Below, in pieces: positions 63,855 through 64,000 of a stretch of DNA of 64,000 nucleotides. The notes under the pieces are model-generated. The model did no database searches and was not told the origin of the DNA. It saw only the letters and a list, made by a program, of their open reading frames with translations. The DNA lies in assembly GCA_964016885.1 (NCBI GenBank), contig OZ024741.1:281480001-281544000 (forward strand). The letters are read 5' to 3'. The stretch's first letter is position 1. Each line of letters opens with the position of its first letter. Both the position numbers and the translations under genes were made by a program. Source of the DNA: Eledone cirrhosa. Its lineage: Eukaryota.

Positions 63855-64000
63855 AAGATATATGTATTTCTGGTTAATTAAATCAAGTAAGTTTAAATTT
63901 TGTTTACGTGACATTAATTCACTATAAAATTACTATTCTCACTTTGAAGCTATATATACTCATTTTGAAATTCTTATTCTCACTTTAAACTGTTATATCC

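Overview
AT-rich, CpG-depleted, repeat-dense animal DNA. The SINE/LINE repertoire resembles coleoid cephalopods, probably an octopod (inference). The only host gene I can support is a minus-strand neuralized (neur/NEURL1-like E3 ligase). It has a clean 495-bp NHR1-domain exon (11531-12025) and a probable phase-compatible upstream coding exon (31118-31349/31466) about 19 kb away. Its downstream NHR2/RING exons were not seen and probably lie left of the window. The rest is intronic or upstream DNA with nested mobile elements: a CR1 LINE with an unbroken RT ORF, several RTE LINEs, R4/Dong-, CRE- and Penelope-like fragments, DD37D (maT) and mariner transposons, Helitron remnants, TTAA MITEs, many tRNA-derived SINEs and minisatellites. 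I cannot demonstrate a new biological system here. The best leads are RNA-structure features: a hammerhead-like motif in pre-mRNA sense, inverted near-identical SINEs flanking the exons and a 125-bp palindrome. A minisatellite born from LINE coding sequence is also notable.
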